Assembly (NCBI GenBank): GCA_965203055.1
Contig: OZ241863.1
Location: 256,001 to 320,000 of the forward strand
DNA length: 64,000 nt
Direction: 5' to 3'
DNA from: Spirochaetia bacterium
GTDB taxonomy: Bacteria; Spirochaetota; Spirochaetia; SZUA-6; Bin103
A program made the translations under genes and the position numbers. The notes under the pieces are model-generated. The model saw only the letters and a list, made by a program, of their open reading frames with translations, searched no databases and was not told the origin of the DNA. Below, in pieces: positions 19,325-30,178 of the stretch (position 1 is its first letter; the number at the start of each line of letters is the position of its first letter).

Positions 19325-20425
19325 TTGGGCGAAGCCGACACCACGACAAACCGGGGCGGGACGGAACACGGGAACGGCACGGGCCGCGGGAGCGGAACGG
19401 GCCGCGGGAACGGCGCAGGCAGCCGGGACGACCGCGAAACCGTACTTGAAGTCAATGCACTGCAGACCTATTTCTACACCGACGAGGGGGTGGTCAAGGC
19501 GGTGGACGGCCTCTCCTATCGCGTGCGCAAGGGAGAGTTCGTCGGACTGGTCGGGGAGAGCGGCTGCGGCAAGAGCGTCAGCGCCATGTCGGTGCTGCGC
19601 CTGATTCCTCATCCGCCGGGGCTGATCGTCGGCGGCGAGATCCGGTTCAAGGGCGAAGACCTGATGCAGGCCACCGAGGAGCGCATGCGCGATCTGCGCG
19701 GCAACCGCATCGCCATGGTGTTTCAGGAGCCCACCACCTCCCTCAACCCGGTGCTGACCGTCGGCCGCCAGATCTCGGAGTCGATCGAGCTGCACCGCGG
19801 CATGGACAAGGCCGCGGCGCGGCAGGAGAGCGTCAAGCTCCTGGGCATGGTGGGTATCCCGGACCCGGAACGCCGCATCAAGGACTATCCGTTCCAGTTC
19901 AGCGGCGGGATGCAGCAGCGGGTCATGATCGCCATGGCCCTGAGCTGTACCCCGGAGCTGCTCATTGCCGACGAGCCCACCACCTCCCTGGACGTCACCG
20001 TGCAGGCGCAGCTCCTGGAGATCATCGCCGGCTTGCGCGAACAGCTCGACATGGCGGGAATCATCATCACCCACAACCTGGGCTTGGTGGCGCGGTACGT
20101 CGATCGGGTCAACGTGATGTACGCCGGCAAGCTGGTGGAGTCGGGACCGACCGAAACCATATTCGCCGAGCCCAAGCATCCCTACACCATCGGCCTCATG
20201 GCGTCGGTGCCGCGCCTCGACAGCCCGCGCCGCGTGGCGCCGCGGGTCATCGAAGGCCTGCCGCCGAACCTGGCTCACCTCCCGGACGGCTGCTCCTTCT
20301 CGCCCCGCTGCACCTACGCCATGGACCAGTGTCACCGGGACGAGCCGTTGCTGGAGGCGGTCGGCGTCGACCATCACCGCAGTTGCTTCTACGATGCGGC
20401 CAAGCTGGATAAGGTGCAGCTTTGA
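19325..20425 (+). CDS. oppD: oligo/dipeptide ABC transporter ATP-binding protein (OppD/DppD)
   Basis: GESGCGKS, FSGGMQQR, IADEPTT, C-terminal Cys motif. Confidence 0.9.
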   Translation: MGEADTTTNRGGTEHGNGTGRGSGTGRGNGAGSRDDRETVLEVNALQTYFYTDEGVVKAVDGLSYRVRKGEFVGLVGESGCGKSVSAMSVLRLIPHPPGLIVGGEIRFKGEDLMQATEERMRDLRGNRIAMVFQEPTTSLNPVLTVGRQISESIELHRGMDKAAARQESVKLLGMVGIPDPERRIKDYPFQFSGGMQQRVMIAMALSCTPELLIADEPTTSLDVTVQAQLLEIIAGLREQLDMAGIIITHNLGLVARYVDRVNVMYAGKLVESGPTETIFAEPKHPYTIGLMASVPRLDSPRRVAPRVIEGLPPNLAHLPDGCSFSPRCTYAMDQCHRDEPLLEAVGVDHHRSCFYDAAKLDKVQL

Positions 20426-20516
20426 CGCCCCGGCTGCCGCACCGTCGCGCCTCTGATCAAGCCGGACCCGGCCGCCTGCAGCTCGCGGCGGGGCATACCC
20501 GAGGAAGTTGAGCTAT

Positions 20517-21536
20517 ATGGAGAATGGCAAACCAGCCGCCGAGCACATCGTCGAGGTGCGCAATCTGGTCAAGTACTACCCGGTGACCGCCGGCGTGCTG
20601 CGCCGCAAGGTGGGCGACGTCAAGGCGGTCGACGACATCAGCTTCGACATCGAAACGGGCGAGACGCTCGGCCTGGTGGGCGAGAGCGGCTGCGGCAAGA
20701 CCACCACCGGACGCTGCATCCTGCAACTGCACGACATCACCTCGGGCGAAATCATGTTTCAGGGGCAGGACTTGGTCAAAACCAGGGGCGAGGCGCTGCG
20801 CCGGATGCGGCGTCACATGCAGCTCATCTTCCAGGATCCCTTCGCCTCGCTGGATCCGCGCATGACCGCGGGCGACATCATCGGCGAGCCTTTGCGGGTG
20901 CACGACATTGCCCGCGGCAAGGAGTACCGGCGCCAGGTGGTCGAGCTGCTGAGCATGGTGGAACTGGCCCCGTCGGTGGCCAACCGCTATCCCCACGAAT
21001 TCAGCGGCGGCCAGCGGCAGCGCCTCGGCATCGCGCGCGCGCTGGCGGTGCGGCCGGCGTTCGTGGTGTGCGACGAGCCGGTGTCGGCGCTGGACGTGTC
21101 GATTCAGGCGCAGATCATCACCCTGCTGATGCGCCTGCGCGAGGAGTTCAACCTTACCTATCTGTTCATTGCCCACGATCTGGCGGTGGTTCGCAACATC
21201 AGCGACCGGGTGGCGGTGATGTATCTGGGCAAGATCATGGAGATCACCACCAGCGACCGGCTGTACGACAACCCGCTCCATCCCTACACCATTTCGCTGC
21301 TGTCGGCGGTGCCGATTCCGGATCCGGTGGTGGACCGCACCCGCGAGCGCATCATTCTCAAGGGTGACGTGCCTAGTCCGATGAATCCGCCGAGCGGCTG
21401 CCCGTTCCACACCCGTTGCCCGCAAGCTACCGACATCTGCAAGGCGGAAGTACCCGAGCTCAAGTCCACCGGCCCCAACCATTGGACCGCCTGCCACCTG
21501 GTCGAGTCCGACGGTGCCGGCGCGGCCGGGGCGTGA
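20517..21536 (+). CDS. oppF: oligo/dipeptide ABC transporter ATP-binding protein (OppF/DppF)
   Basis: [32 protein letters not shown]. Confidence 0.9.
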   Translation: MENGKPAAEHIVEVRNLVKYYPVTAGVLRRKVGDVKAVDDISFDIETGETLGLVGESGCGKTTTGRCILQLHDITSGEIMFQGQDLVKTRGEALRRMRRHMQLIFQDPFASLDPRMTAGDIIGEPLRVHDIARGKEYRRQVVELLSMVELAPSVANRYPHEFSGGQRQRLGIARALAVRPAFVVCDEPVSALDVSIQAQIITLLMRLREEFNLTYLFIAHDLAVVRNISDRVAVMYLGKIMEITTSDRLYDNPLHPYTISLLSAVPIPDPVVDRTRERIILKGDVPSPMNPPSGCPFHTRCPQATDICKAEVPELKSTGPNHWTACHLVESDGAGAAGA

Positions 21537-21600
21537 TTGACGCGGCGGGCCGCCGCGTCGCGCGGCTTGCGGCTCCCTCCTCGTAACCGCTCCGGGCAGC

Positions 21601-22542
21601 GTGCGTAGCTCATCCGAGAGTCGGCGCCCGGGAACGGCGCAGTTCCTGCTGGTGATCGCGGTCGTGGTAGTGGTGGTGGGTGGAATCGCCGGGTTCGCCA
21701 TCTACCGGGAGCGCGTCGCGCCGTTCGAAACTACCGTGCTGGTAGTGGACGACGCCTCCGTCAGGATGCGCTACTTCCTGAAGCGGGTGAACATGGCGGG
21801 CCGCGAACCGCTCGAGATGCTGCAGGCGCTTACCCGCGAGCTGGTTATCGCGCAGGTGGCGCCGGAGCCGCCCTACGCCATCCAGGTCTCGGAGCAGGAC
21901 GTCGACCAGTTCATTCAGGACCTCGCCCGCGGCGGAGGCGAGACGGTCACCGAGGCGGAAGTGCGCGAATGGTACCGCCAGCAGCTCAACGAGAACCAGC
22001 TCTCAGACCGCGAGTTCCGCGAGCTGCTCCGCCGCGACGTGCTGGCCGCGCGCCTGACCGAGTTTCTGGGCGAACGGGTACCGACGGTGGCGGAGCAGGT
22101 GCATCTCTACCTGATTGCCCGAAACACCTGGGAGGAGGCGGCTTCCGTACGGGAGCAGTTGGCGGACGGGGCGGACTTCTTCGCGCTGGCGCGGGAACTG
22201 AACGCCGACCAGCGCCTCAGGGAGCGCGGCGGCGACCTCGGCTGGGTTCCGCGCGAGGCGCTGAACGCGGCGCTCGCCCCGGTCTTCGACCTGCCCGCCG
22301 GCGAGCCCAGCCGCGTCGTCGCCCTGGGTGAGGGGTACGCCGTCGCCATGGTGGCCGAGCGCGCCGCGGCCCGCGAAATCGGACCGGAGGCGCTGCAGGC
22401 GGTAAAGGCGACCGCCCTGGACCGCTGGTTCAACACCGAATACCAGTACCATAACGTGGAGTTCCACGGCTTCAACAACGGCTACGACACGGAAACCGAC
22501 CTCTGGGTCAAGTGGCAACTCCAGCGGATGACCCGCTCCTGA
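21601..22542 (+). CDS. parvulin-type peptidylprolyl isomerase (PrsA/SurA-like)
   Basis: TM anchor; GADFFALARE...GGDLGWV rotamase motif. Confidence 0.8.
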   Translation: MRSSSESRRPGTAQFLLVIAVVVVVVGGIAGFAIYRERVAPFETTVLVVDDASVRMRYFLKRVNMAGREPLEMLQALTRELVIAQVAPEPPYAIQVSEQDVDQFIQDLARGGGETVTEAEVREWYRQQLNENQLSDREFRELLRRDVLAARLTEFLGERVPTVAEQVHLYLIARNTWEEAASVREQLADGADFFALARELNADQRLRERGGDLGWVPREALNAALAPVFDLPAGEPSRVVALGEGYAVAMVAERAAAREIGPEALQAVKATALDRWFNTEYQYHNVEFHGFNNGYDTETDLWVKWQLQRMTRS

Positions 22543-22642
22543 CGACTGCGGAGGTGCAGTTTCGGCACGCGGGGCGGCTCGGATGTCGAATTCGTGCTCT
22601 ACCCCTCCGGGAGCGCGGGAGCGGCGGTACGGAACGGGATCG

Positions 22643-23278
22643 CTACGCGGCGCCGCCGGGGCGGCGGGCGGGAATGAGCGCCGCAACCGCCACTTCCAGG
22701 TCGGGGAAGGCTGCCGGGGCCAGCGTCTCGCCCGGCCGGTAGCGCCGCAGTACCCGATAGCGACCGGGTTCCGGCTCCGTATAGACCTCGATCCGGTCGT
22801 GTTCCAGATCCACGATCCACACTTCGCGGATGCCGCTGGTGGCGTAGAACGCCGCCTTGGTGCCGCGGTCGTAGTCGAGCGAGGACGCCGCCACTTCCAC
22901 CAGCAACAGCACCTCCCCGGGGGCAGGATGGTCGAAGTCATAGTAGTCGTCGCGGTGAGCCAGCAACATCAGATCGGGTTGCGGCTCGGAATAGGGATCG
23001 GCCGCCACCGGATTCTGCACCTGCACCAGCGCCCGGCCGGCGAGACGTTCGACGTTGAAGGCGGTGTTCAGCCGTAATACGCACGCCGCGTGGCGATTGC
23101 CGATGGCCGCCATGACGATGATCTCACCTCCCAGCAACTCGACGCGCTCATCCCCGCCGAGGATGCCGGCCCGGCTCATGGACTGATACTCGTCACGGGT
23201 GAAGCGCCGCCGTCTGCCGGCGGACGCGGCGCGCGGTGTGGTATGCGCCTTGGGCCGGGTCGCAATCATGCCCTGCAT
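22643..23278 (-). CDS. Uma2 family endonuclease
   Basis: RVELLGGEI, EPQPD, LLVEVAASSLDYDR..K...YA..GIREVWIVD. Confidence 0.9.
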   Translation of the reverse strand: MQGMIATRPKAHTTPRAASAGRRRRFTRDEYQSMSRAGILGGDERVELLGGEIIVMAAIGNRHAACVLRLNTAFNVERLAGRALVQVQNPVAADPYSEPQPDLMLLAHRDDYYDFDHPAPGEVLLLVEVAASSLDYDRGTKAAFYATSGIREVWIVDLEHDRIEVYTEPEPGRYRVLRRYRPGETLAPAAFPDLEVAVAALIPARRPGGAA

Positions 23279-23320
23279 TCAACACGAAGTAGCCGCCGAG
23301 GTAAAGCGGCCGAGTGGCGC

Positions 23321-23370
23321 TTGACCCGATCCGCAGCCTTGGCTACGTTTCGATTTTGATTACTCAAAAA
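23321..23370 (+). promoter_or_regulatory. promoter and putative metalloregulator operator of the tro operon
   Basis: TTGACC-N17-TACGTT (23321-23349), followed by the AT-rich inverted repeat TTTTGA-TTAC-TCAAAA (23354-23369). Confidence 0.65.
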
Positions 23371-23382
23371 TAGTTGTTTCAG

Positions 23383-24459
23383 ATGAGAAAGAAGGGATAT
23401 TGCCTACCCTGCGTACTGACCGCGGCGGCGGCCGTTGCGGCAACCGCGTTGGCCGCGGTGTTGCTCGTCACCTGCGGCGGCGGCCAACGCGCCGCGAACG
23501 GTTCGGCGGCGGCGGGCGCGGCGGCCGCTTCGGAGGCCGCCGCCGGCGAGGGCGCGCGCCGCTATCCGTATCGAATCACTGCCACCACCGGCATGGTGGC
23601 CGACCTCGTGCGCCAGGTAGCCGGCGACCGGGGCGAGGTGACGGCGATCATCGGCGAGGGAGTCGATCCGCATCTCTACGTGCCCACCCGCAGCGACGTG
23701 GCCGCCCTGATGGAGGCCGACGTCGTGTTCTACTCCGGGCTGCTGCTGGAAGGGAAGATGACCGACGCGCTGGTCAGAGTGGCGCGCGGCGGGCGCCCGG
23801 TGCACGCGGTCACCGAGCTGGTGGACGAAGCGCTGCTCCTCCAGCCGGAGGAGTTCGCCGGCCACTTCGACCCCCATCTGTGGATGGACGCGGCGGGCTG
23901 GATGCAGGCGGTGACCGCGGTGACCGCGGCGCTCACCGCCTTCGACCCCGCCGGCGACAGCGGCTACCGCGCGCGCGCCGCGGCCTACGGCGCGACGCTC
24001 ACCGAGCTGCACGACTATGCGCGGCGCGTCCTCGGCTCCATCCCCGAACCGCAGCGCATCCTGGTAACCGCGCACGACGCGTTCAACTACTTCGGGCGCG
24101 CCTACGGTCTGGAGGTGGAGGGAATCCAGGGGATGTCCACCGAGTCGGAAGCGGGCCTGGACCGCATCAACCGGCTGGTGGATCTGCTGGTCACGCGCCG
24201 CATCGGGGCGGTGTTCGTGGAGACCACCATCGCCGACCGCAACGTGCGCGCGCTGATCGAGGGGGCCGCGGCGCGCGGCCATACGGTGGTGGTCGGCGGC
24301 GAGCTGTTCTCGGACGCGATGGGGCAGCCGGGAACCTACGAGGGCACCTACGTCGGCATGCTGGACCACAACGCCACCACGGTGGCCCGGGCGCTGGGCG
24401 GCGCGGCGCCGGAGCGCGGCTTCCAGGGCCGGCTGGCGCCCGCCGCGGCGGCGCCGTGA
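23383..24459 (+). CDS. troA: Zn/Mn ABC transporter substrate-binding protein (TroA-like)
   Basis: [30 protein letters not shown]. Confidence 0.9.
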   Translation: MRKKGYCLPCVLTAAAAVAATALAAVLLVTCGGGQRAANGSAAAGAAAASEAAAGEGARRYPYRITATTGMVADLVRQVAGDRGEVTAIIGEGVDPHLYVPTRSDVAALMEADVVFYSGLLLEGKMTDALVRVARGGRPVHAVTELVDEALLLQPEEFAGHFDPHLWMDAAGWMQAVTAVTAALTAFDPAGDSGYRARAAAYGATLTELHDYARRVLGSIPEPQRILVTAHDAFNYFGRAYGLEVEGIQGMSTESEAGLDRINRLVDLLVTRRIGAVFVETTIADRNVRALIEGAAARGHTVVVGGELFSDAMGQPGTYEGTYVGMLDHNATTVARALGGAAPERGFQGRLAPAAAAP

Positions 24460-25358
24460 ACCGCGCGCCGGGCGCGCTGGACGCGGGCCGCCCCGGCAGC
24501 GGCCGGCCGGGCGCAGCGGCCGCGCCCCGCGCCGGTTCGCGGGCGGCGCCGGCCACCGTCCACTCAGCGCCCGCCGACCCGGCGCGCAGCCCGCTGGTGG
24601 TGCGCGACCTCACCGTCGCCTACCGCCGGCGGCCGGTGCTGTGGGACGTCGATCTGACCGCCGCCGAAGGCGTGATCACCGGCATCGTCGGCCCCAACGG
24701 CGCCGGCAAGAGCACCCTGCTGAAGGGGGTGCTGGACCTGGTGCCGCGGGTGTCGGGCACGGTGACCATCTACGGCCAGCCCTACCGCCGGCAGCGGCGG
24801 CTGGTAGCCTACGTTCCGCAGCGCGAGAGCGTCGACTGGGACTACCCGGTGAGCGCCCTGGAGCTGGTGGCGATGGGCCTCTACCGGTCGCTCGGCTGGC
24901 TGCGCCCGGTGCGCCGCGCCACGCGCGCGGCGGCGCGCGCGGCCCTGGAGCTGGTAGGCATGGCCGACTACGCGGGCCGCCAGATCTCGGAGCTGTCCGG
25001 CGGCCAGCAGCAGCGCCTGTTCCTGGCGCGCGCGCTGGCCCAGGACGCGCGCATCTACTTCATGGACGAACCGTTCGCCGGGGTGGACGCCGCCACCGAA
25101 CGCGCCATCGTCGAGTTGCTGCAGCGCCTGCGGGGCGCCGGCAAGAGCGTGTTCGTGGTGCATCACGATCTGCAGACCGTCAGCAGTTACTTCGACGAAC
25201 TGCTGATGCTCAACCTGCGGGTGGTGGCGCATGGTCCGGTGGCGGCGGTGTTCACCGAGGACAACCTGCACAAGACCTACGGCGGGCGGCTGACGCTGCT
25301 CGATCAGGCGGTGGACGCGCTCGGCCGGGGCGCCGGCGGCCGGGGCCGGGACGCATGA
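24456..25358 (+). CDS. troB: metal ABC transporter ATP-binding protein (TroB-like)
   Basis: [34 protein letters not shown] overlap with troA. Confidence 0.9.
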   Translation: MNRAPGALDAGRPGSGRPGAAAAPRAGSRAAPATVHSAPADPARSPLVVRDLTVAYRRRPVLWDVDLTAAEGVITGIVGPNGAGKSTLLKGVLDLVPRVSGTVTIYGQPYRRQRRLVAYVPQRESVDWDYPVSALELVAMGLYRSLGWLRPVRRATRAAARAALELVGMADYAGRQISELSGGQQQRLFLARALAQDARIYFMDEPFAGVDAATERAIVELLQRLRGAGKSVFVVHHDLQTVSSYFDELLMLNLRVVAHGPVAAVFTEDNLHKTYGGRLTLLDQAVDALGRGAGGRGRDA

Positions 25359-26725
25359 GCTACCTGCCCTCCTGGGACCAGGTGCTGCGAGTGCTGCTGT
25401 TGAGCGACTTCAACACCCGGGTGGTAGTGCTGGGCGTCGCCCTGTTGGGAATGGCCGCCGGCATCGTCGGCACCTTCACCCTGCTGCGCAAGCGCGCCCT
25501 GGTATCGGACGCGGTGAGCCACGCCACGCTGCCGGGAATCGCCGTCGCGTGGCTCGTGATGGTGGCCCTCGGCGGCACCGGCAAGTGGTTTCCCGGCCTG
25601 TTGTTGGGCGCCGCGGGCGGGGGCTTGGCCGCGGTCGCGGCGGTGCTGGTGGTGCGCTCGGTGCTGCGGCTGCACGAGGACGCCGCGCTGGGCATCGTGC
25701 TGTCGGTGTCGTTCGGGATCGGGATCGCGCTGCTCGGCTTGATCCAGCAACTGCGGCGCGGCTCGGCCGCCGGCCTCGACTCCTTCATCTACGGCAAGAC
25801 CGCGTCGATGCTGGCCGCCGACGCCCTGCTGATCGGGATTACCTCGCTGGCGCTGGCGGCGGTCGCGGCGCTGCTGTTCAAGGAGCTGAACCTGCTCTGC
25901 TTCGACGCGCCGTACGCCGCCTCGCAGGGGTTGCCGGTCGGGCTCCTGGACGCGGTCATGCTGGGACTGGTGGTGGCGGTCACCGTCATCGGCCTGCAGG
26001 CGGTGGGGCTGATCCTGATCGTGGCGCTGCTGATCACCCCGGCCGCCGCCGCCCGTTTCTGGACCAGCAATCTGCGGCTGATGACGGCGCTGGCGGCGCT
26101 GCTCGGCGCGGCCGGCGGGTTCATCGGCGCCGCCCTCTCGGCGCTGGTGCCGCGCCTGCCGGCCGGAGCGGTGATCGTGGTGACGGTCGCCGCCGGATTC
26201 CTGCTCAGCGCGCTGTTCGGAACCCGCCGCGGCCTGCTGCGGCTGCTCGTCGAACGCCGCCGCAGTGACCGCCGCATCCGCCGCGAGCATCTGCTGCGGG
26301 CGGTATTCGAACAGGTGGAGGGGCAGGGCTGCGCCACGCCGGACCGCGCCGCCCTGCAGGCGGTGGCCGTCCGCCGGAGCCACCTGGCGCGGCGCCGCGG
26401 TTGGACGCCGGCGGAACTGGCCGCCGGCCTGCGCCTCGGCCGCCGGGAAGGCTGGCTGCAGCCGGCGGCCGACCCCGGCGCGGTCCGCCTCACGCCGGCC
26501 GGAGCCGCGCAGGCGCTGCGCATCGTGCGCAACCACCGGCTGTGGGAGCTGTACCTGATCCGCCACGCCGAGGTTGCCACCAGCCGCGTGGACCGCGGCG
26601 CGGACCGCATCGAGCACGTGCTGGGGCCGGAGCTGGTGGCCGAGTTGGAGGCGCAACTGGACCGCCAGGCGGATGCCGCGGCGGTGGCGGCCAGCCCGCA
26701 CGCGCTGGCCGCGGGCGCGCCGTGA
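25355..26725 (+). CDS. troC: metal ABC permease (TroC-like) with C-terminal DtxR-like domain
   Basis: [10 protein letters not shown] permease motif; tail [20 protein letters not shown]...ADRIEHVL. Confidence 0.85.
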   Translation: MSYLPSWDQVLRVLLLSDFNTRVVVLGVALLGMAAGIVGTFTLLRKRALVSDAVSHATLPGIAVAWLVMVALGGTGKWFPGLLLGAAGGGLAAVAAVLVVRSVLRLHEDAALGIVLSVSFGIGIALLGLIQQLRRGSAAGLDSFIYGKTASMLAADALLIGITSLALAAVAALLFKELNLLCFDAPYAASQGLPVGLLDAVMLGLVVAVTVIGLQAVGLILIVALLITPAAAARFWTSNLRLMTALAALLGAAGGFIGAALSALVPRLPAGAVIVVTVAAGFLLSALFGTRRGLLRLLVERRRSDRRIRREHLLRAVFEQVEGQGCATPDRAALQAVAVRRSHLARRRGWTPAELAAGLRLGRREGWLQPAADPGAVRLTPAGAAQALRIVRNHRLWELYLIRHAEVATSRVDRGADRIEHVLGPELVAELEAQLDRQADAAAVAASPHALAAGAP

Positions 26726-28035
26726 GCTGGACCGCGCTCGACACCGGTATCGTGGTGGTGGCCGCGGTGAGCGCCATGGCGTGCGCGCTGATCGGCAGCT
26801 TTCTGGTGCTGCGGCGCATGAGCATGATGGGCGACGCGATCAGCCACGCGGTGCTGCCCGGCATCGCGGCGGCGTTTCTCCTTACCCTCAGCCGCGACAC
26901 CGGCGTGATCGTAGCGGGCGCCGCGGTCGCCGGGGTGCTTACGGCCGGCTTCACGCAGCTCATCCATCAGGCGGGCAACGTCGACCGGGGCGCGGCGATG
27001 GGCGTGGTGTTCACCACCATGTTCGCGCTTGGCCTGATCCTGATCGTGCGCAGCGCCGACTCGGTGCACGTCGACGTGCATACCGTGTTCTACGGGGCCG
27101 TCGAGCTGGCGCCGCTGAACGAAGTCACGGTGGCCGGCGTACGGCTGCCGCGCGCGCTGCTGATCCTGGGCGCGGTATTCGCGGCCGACCTGGCCTTCGT
27201 CCTGCTGCTGTTCAAGGAGCTCAACCTGACTTCGTTCGACCCGGAGTTCGCCCGCTCCGTCGGCTTCCCCGCGGGACTGCTCCACTACGCCCTGATGGTG
27301 ATGGTGGCGGTGACCATCGTCGCCGCGTTCGAGAGCGTCGGCAGCATCCTGGTGATCGCGATGCTGATCGTGCCGGGGGCGGTGGCGGGGCTGTTCACCC
27401 GCCGCCTGTGGTCGCTGCTGCTGCTGGGCCAGGGGGTGGCGCTGATCTGCGCCGCGGGCGGTCACCTGAGCGCGATTACCGTGCCGCGCTGGTTCGGGCT
27501 CTCCGATACCAGCACCGCCGGGATGATGACCGTGCTGGCGGGAGCGGTGGTGGCGCTGGCGTTGGTGATCGCCCCGGAGCGCGGCCTGGCGGCGCGGGCG
27601 CTGCGCCGCGCCCGGTTGGCGCTGGCCGTGGGGCGCGAGGACCTGCTGGTGGAACTGTTGCGGCGGGAGGAGCGCGGCCGCGCCGCGGCCGGGCGCCGGG
27701 AACTGGTGCGGGAGGAATCCTCCCGCATCGCCGGCCGCTCCAACCGCCTGGAGCGCAGCGCGGCGCTGCTGCTGGAGCTGCTGCGCGGGCGCGTGCAGCG
27801 GGCCGCGCACGGCTACCGGCTCACAACCGCCGGCCAGCGGCTCGCCACCGGCCTGCTGCGCAGCCATCGGCTATGGGAGAGCTACCTGTTCGCCGAGGGC
27901 GACCCCGCCGCCGAGGTGCACTTCGCGGCGCATCAGCTAGAGCACGTCACCTCCGCGGCCATGCGCGCCGACCTGGCCCGCACCGCCGGCCTCACCGACC
28001 CCCACGGCCGCCCCATCCCCCCCCCCCCAACTTAG
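26722..28035 (+). CDS. troD: metal ABC permease (TroD-like) with C-terminal DtxR-like domain
   Basis: GDAISHAVLPG; tail LTTAG...LRSHRLWESYL...AHQLEH...DPHGRPIP. Confidence 0.85.
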   Translation: MSWTALDTGIVVVAAVSAMACALIGSFLVLRRMSMMGDAISHAVLPGIAAAFLLTLSRDTGVIVAGAAVAGVLTAGFTQLIHQAGNVDRGAAMGVVFTTMFALGLILIVRSADSVHVDVHTVFYGAVELAPLNEVTVAGVRLPRALLILGAVFAADLAFVLLLFKELNLTSFDPEFARSVGFPAGLLHYALMVMVAVTIVAAFESVGSILVIAMLIVPGAVAGLFTRRLWSLLLLGQGVALICAAGGHLSAITVPRWFGLSDTSTAGMMTVLAGAVVALALVIAPERGLAARALRRARLALAVGREDLLVELLRREERGRAAAGRRELVREESSRIAGRSNRLERSAALLLELLRGRVQRAAHGYRLTTAGQRLATGLLRSHRLWESYLFAEGDPAAEVHFAAHQLEHVTSAAMRADLARTAGLTDPHGRPIPPPPT

Positions 28036-29160
28036 CTAGCGGTAGGGGTCGGCGGCGTCGCGCAGGCCGTCGCCGACGAAGTTGAAGGACAGTACGGTGA
28101 CCACGATGAAGACGCCGGGGATGAACAGCCACGGCGCCAGGGCCACGGTGCGCACGTTCTGGGCGCCTTGCAGCAGCGCCCCCCAACTGATGGCCGGCGG
28201 CTGAATCCCGACGCTCAGGAAGCTGAGGGCGGTCTCGGCGAGGATCATCGCCGGGATGCTGAGGGTGAGGCTGACGATGAGGTAGCTCATGAACGACGGC
28301 AGCAGGTGGCGCAGGATGATCTGGCGTTCGACCGCCCCGGCGATGCGCGCGGCCAGGACGAAATCGGCCTCGCGCAGCTCCAGCAGCTTGCCGCGCACCA
28401 CCCGCGCCAGCCCGGTCCATCCCACCACCGAAAGAATCACGGTGATGCCGAAGTAGATCCGCAACGGCGGCCAGTCGTTGGGCAGCGCCGCGGCCAGCGC
28501 CATCCACAGCGGGATGGAGGGAATCGAGATCAGGAACTCGATGAGTCGCTGGATGAAGGTGTCCAGCGCGCCGCCGTAGTAGCCCGAGATGCCGCCGAGC
28601 AGACAGCCGAGCACGAAGCTCATGGCCACGCCCACCAGGCCGATGCTGAGCGATATCCGGGCGGCGTACACGTTGCGGGAAAACAGATCGCGGCCCAGGT
28701 TGTCGGTCCCGAACAGGAACACGAAGCCCTCCTCCTGAGCGACGCCGAACAGGTGCAGGTCGGAGGGGATGAGCCCGAGCAGCCGATACGGGTCGCCGCG
28801 CACCAACAGCGAGATGGGGTAGCGGGTAGTGCGGTCGAGGGTGAACTGCCAGCGCCGGGTCTCCGGATGGCGTTCCCGGTGCAGCCCGTATACGAAGGGG
28901 CGCAGGCTCAGCCGGCCGTCGTGGATGAAGCGCACCCGTTGCGGCGCCGCGAGCTGATAGTCGGCGAAGCGGCGGTAGCCGTCGTAGGGCGCGAGGAACT
29001 CGGCGAACAGCGCCCCGGCATAGAGGATCACCAGCACCGCGCTGCCCAGCAGCGCCAGGCGGTGGGCGGCGAAGCGGCGCCCGATCAGTTGCCATTGGGT
29101 GGCGACGTAATAGCGCTCCTCGGCCGCGCTTTCGGTGCGGGTCACCGTCACGGTGCTCAT
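28036..29160 (-). CDS. oppC: peptide ABC transporter permease (OppC-like)
   Basis: FGTDNLGRDLFSR, ETALSFL, FVGDGLRDAADP. Confidence 0.9.
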   Translation of the reverse strand: MSTVTVTRTESAAEERYYVATQWQLIGRRFAAHRLALLGSAVLVILYAGALFAEFLAPYDGYRRFADYQLAAPQRVRFIHDGRLSLRPFVYGLHRERHPETRRWQFTLDRTTRYPISLLVRGDPYRLLGLIPSDLHLFGVAQEEGFVFLFGTDNLGRDLFSRNVYAARISLSIGLVGVAMSFVLGCLLGGISGYYGGALDTFIQRLIEFLISIPSIPLWMALAAALPNDWPPLRIYFGITVILSVVGWTGLARVVRGKLLELREADFVLAARIAGAVERQIILRHLLPSFMSYLIVSLTLSIPAMILAETALSFLSVGIQPPAISWGALLQGAQNVRTVALAPWLFIPGVFIVVTVLSFNFVGDGLRDAADPYR

Positions 29161-30152
29161 ACGCGTTCGAAGCGGATGCGCGGGTCGGCGACCACCAGCA
29201 GCAGATCGGATATCAGCGTGCCGACGATGGTCAGCGCGGCCAGCACCATGAGCGTGCTGCCGGCGAGGAACATGTCCTCCTGGAGCAGAGCGCTGAACAG
29301 CAGCGGGGCCACCGTCGGCAGGCTCAGGACGATGGCGACGATGGTGCTGCCGGAGACGATTTCCGGCAGCAGCCAGCCCACGGTGCTGATGATCGGATTG
29401 AGCGCGACGCGCACCGGATACTTGAACGTCAAGTTGACTTCGGACACGCCCTTGGCGCGCGCGGTGATGACGTATTGCTTGCGCAACTCGTCGAGCAGCG
29501 TGCTGCGCATCACCCGAATGATGGCCGCGGTGCCCGCCATGCCGATTACGATGATCGGCAGCGGCAGATGCAGCAGCCCGTCGATCAGCTTGGCGAAGCT
29601 CCACGGCGCGTGCTCGTAGGCGGCGGAAAAGAGGCCGCCGGCGCTCACCCCGAACAGGGTCAGCAGCAGGTACATCAGGATCAGGGCGAGCAGGAAGTTG
29701 GGAATCGCCAGCCCGACGAATCCCATCACGGTAAAGCCGTAGTCACCGAACGAGTACTGATGGGTGGCGGAGTAGATGCCGATCGGGACCGCCACCGCAT
29801 AGGCGAACAGCAGGGTGATGCCGGAGATCAGCACGGTGAGCGGCAGCCGTTCCAGCAGCAGCGCGGCCACCGGCCTGCCATATACGAACGACACGCCCAG
29901 GTTGCCGCGCAGCAGGTTGCCGGCCCAGCGCAGGTATTGGCGGTGCGCGGGCAGATGCAGCCCGTACTGCTCCTGCATGGCGGTGACCTCGGCGCCGCCG
30001 AAGCTGGCATCCGCCCCGCCCGCTTCCATGCGCGCCAGCATCACCGTCATCACGTCGCCGGGCGGGAGCTGGATGACGATGAACACCACCACCGACAGGG
30101 CGGCGAGCAGGATGACCATGTAGGCGAGGCGCCGCAGCAGGTAGCCGGTCAT
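29157..30152 (-). CDS. oppB: peptide ABC transporter permease (OppB-like)
   Basis: YLLRRL...QLPPGD, YVITARAKG, DPRIR. Confidence 0.9.
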   Translation of the reverse strand: MTGYLLRRLAYMVILLAALSVVVFIVIQLPPGDVMTVMLARMEAGGADASFGGAEVTAMQEQYGLHLPAHRQYLRWAGNLLRGNLGVSFVYGRPVAALLLERLPLTVLISGITLLFAYAVAVPIGIYSATHQYSFGDYGFTVMGFVGLAIPNFLLALILMYLLLTLFGVSAGGLFSAAYEHAPWSFAKLIDGLLHLPLPIIVIGMAGTAAIIRVMRSTLLDELRKQYVITARAKGVSEVNLTFKYPVRVALNPIISTVGWLLPEIVSGSTIVAIVLSLPTVAPLLFSALLQEDMFLAGSTLMVLAALTIVGTLISDLLLVVADPRIRFERV

Positions 30153-30178
30153 GGACGCGCGTGGTCGGGCAGCCGTCG

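Noticed and set aside
19325..19430. GTGRG-type repeats at the OppD N-terminus
   Set aside because: A short low-complexity tail ahead of the ABC domain with no evidence of a separate function.
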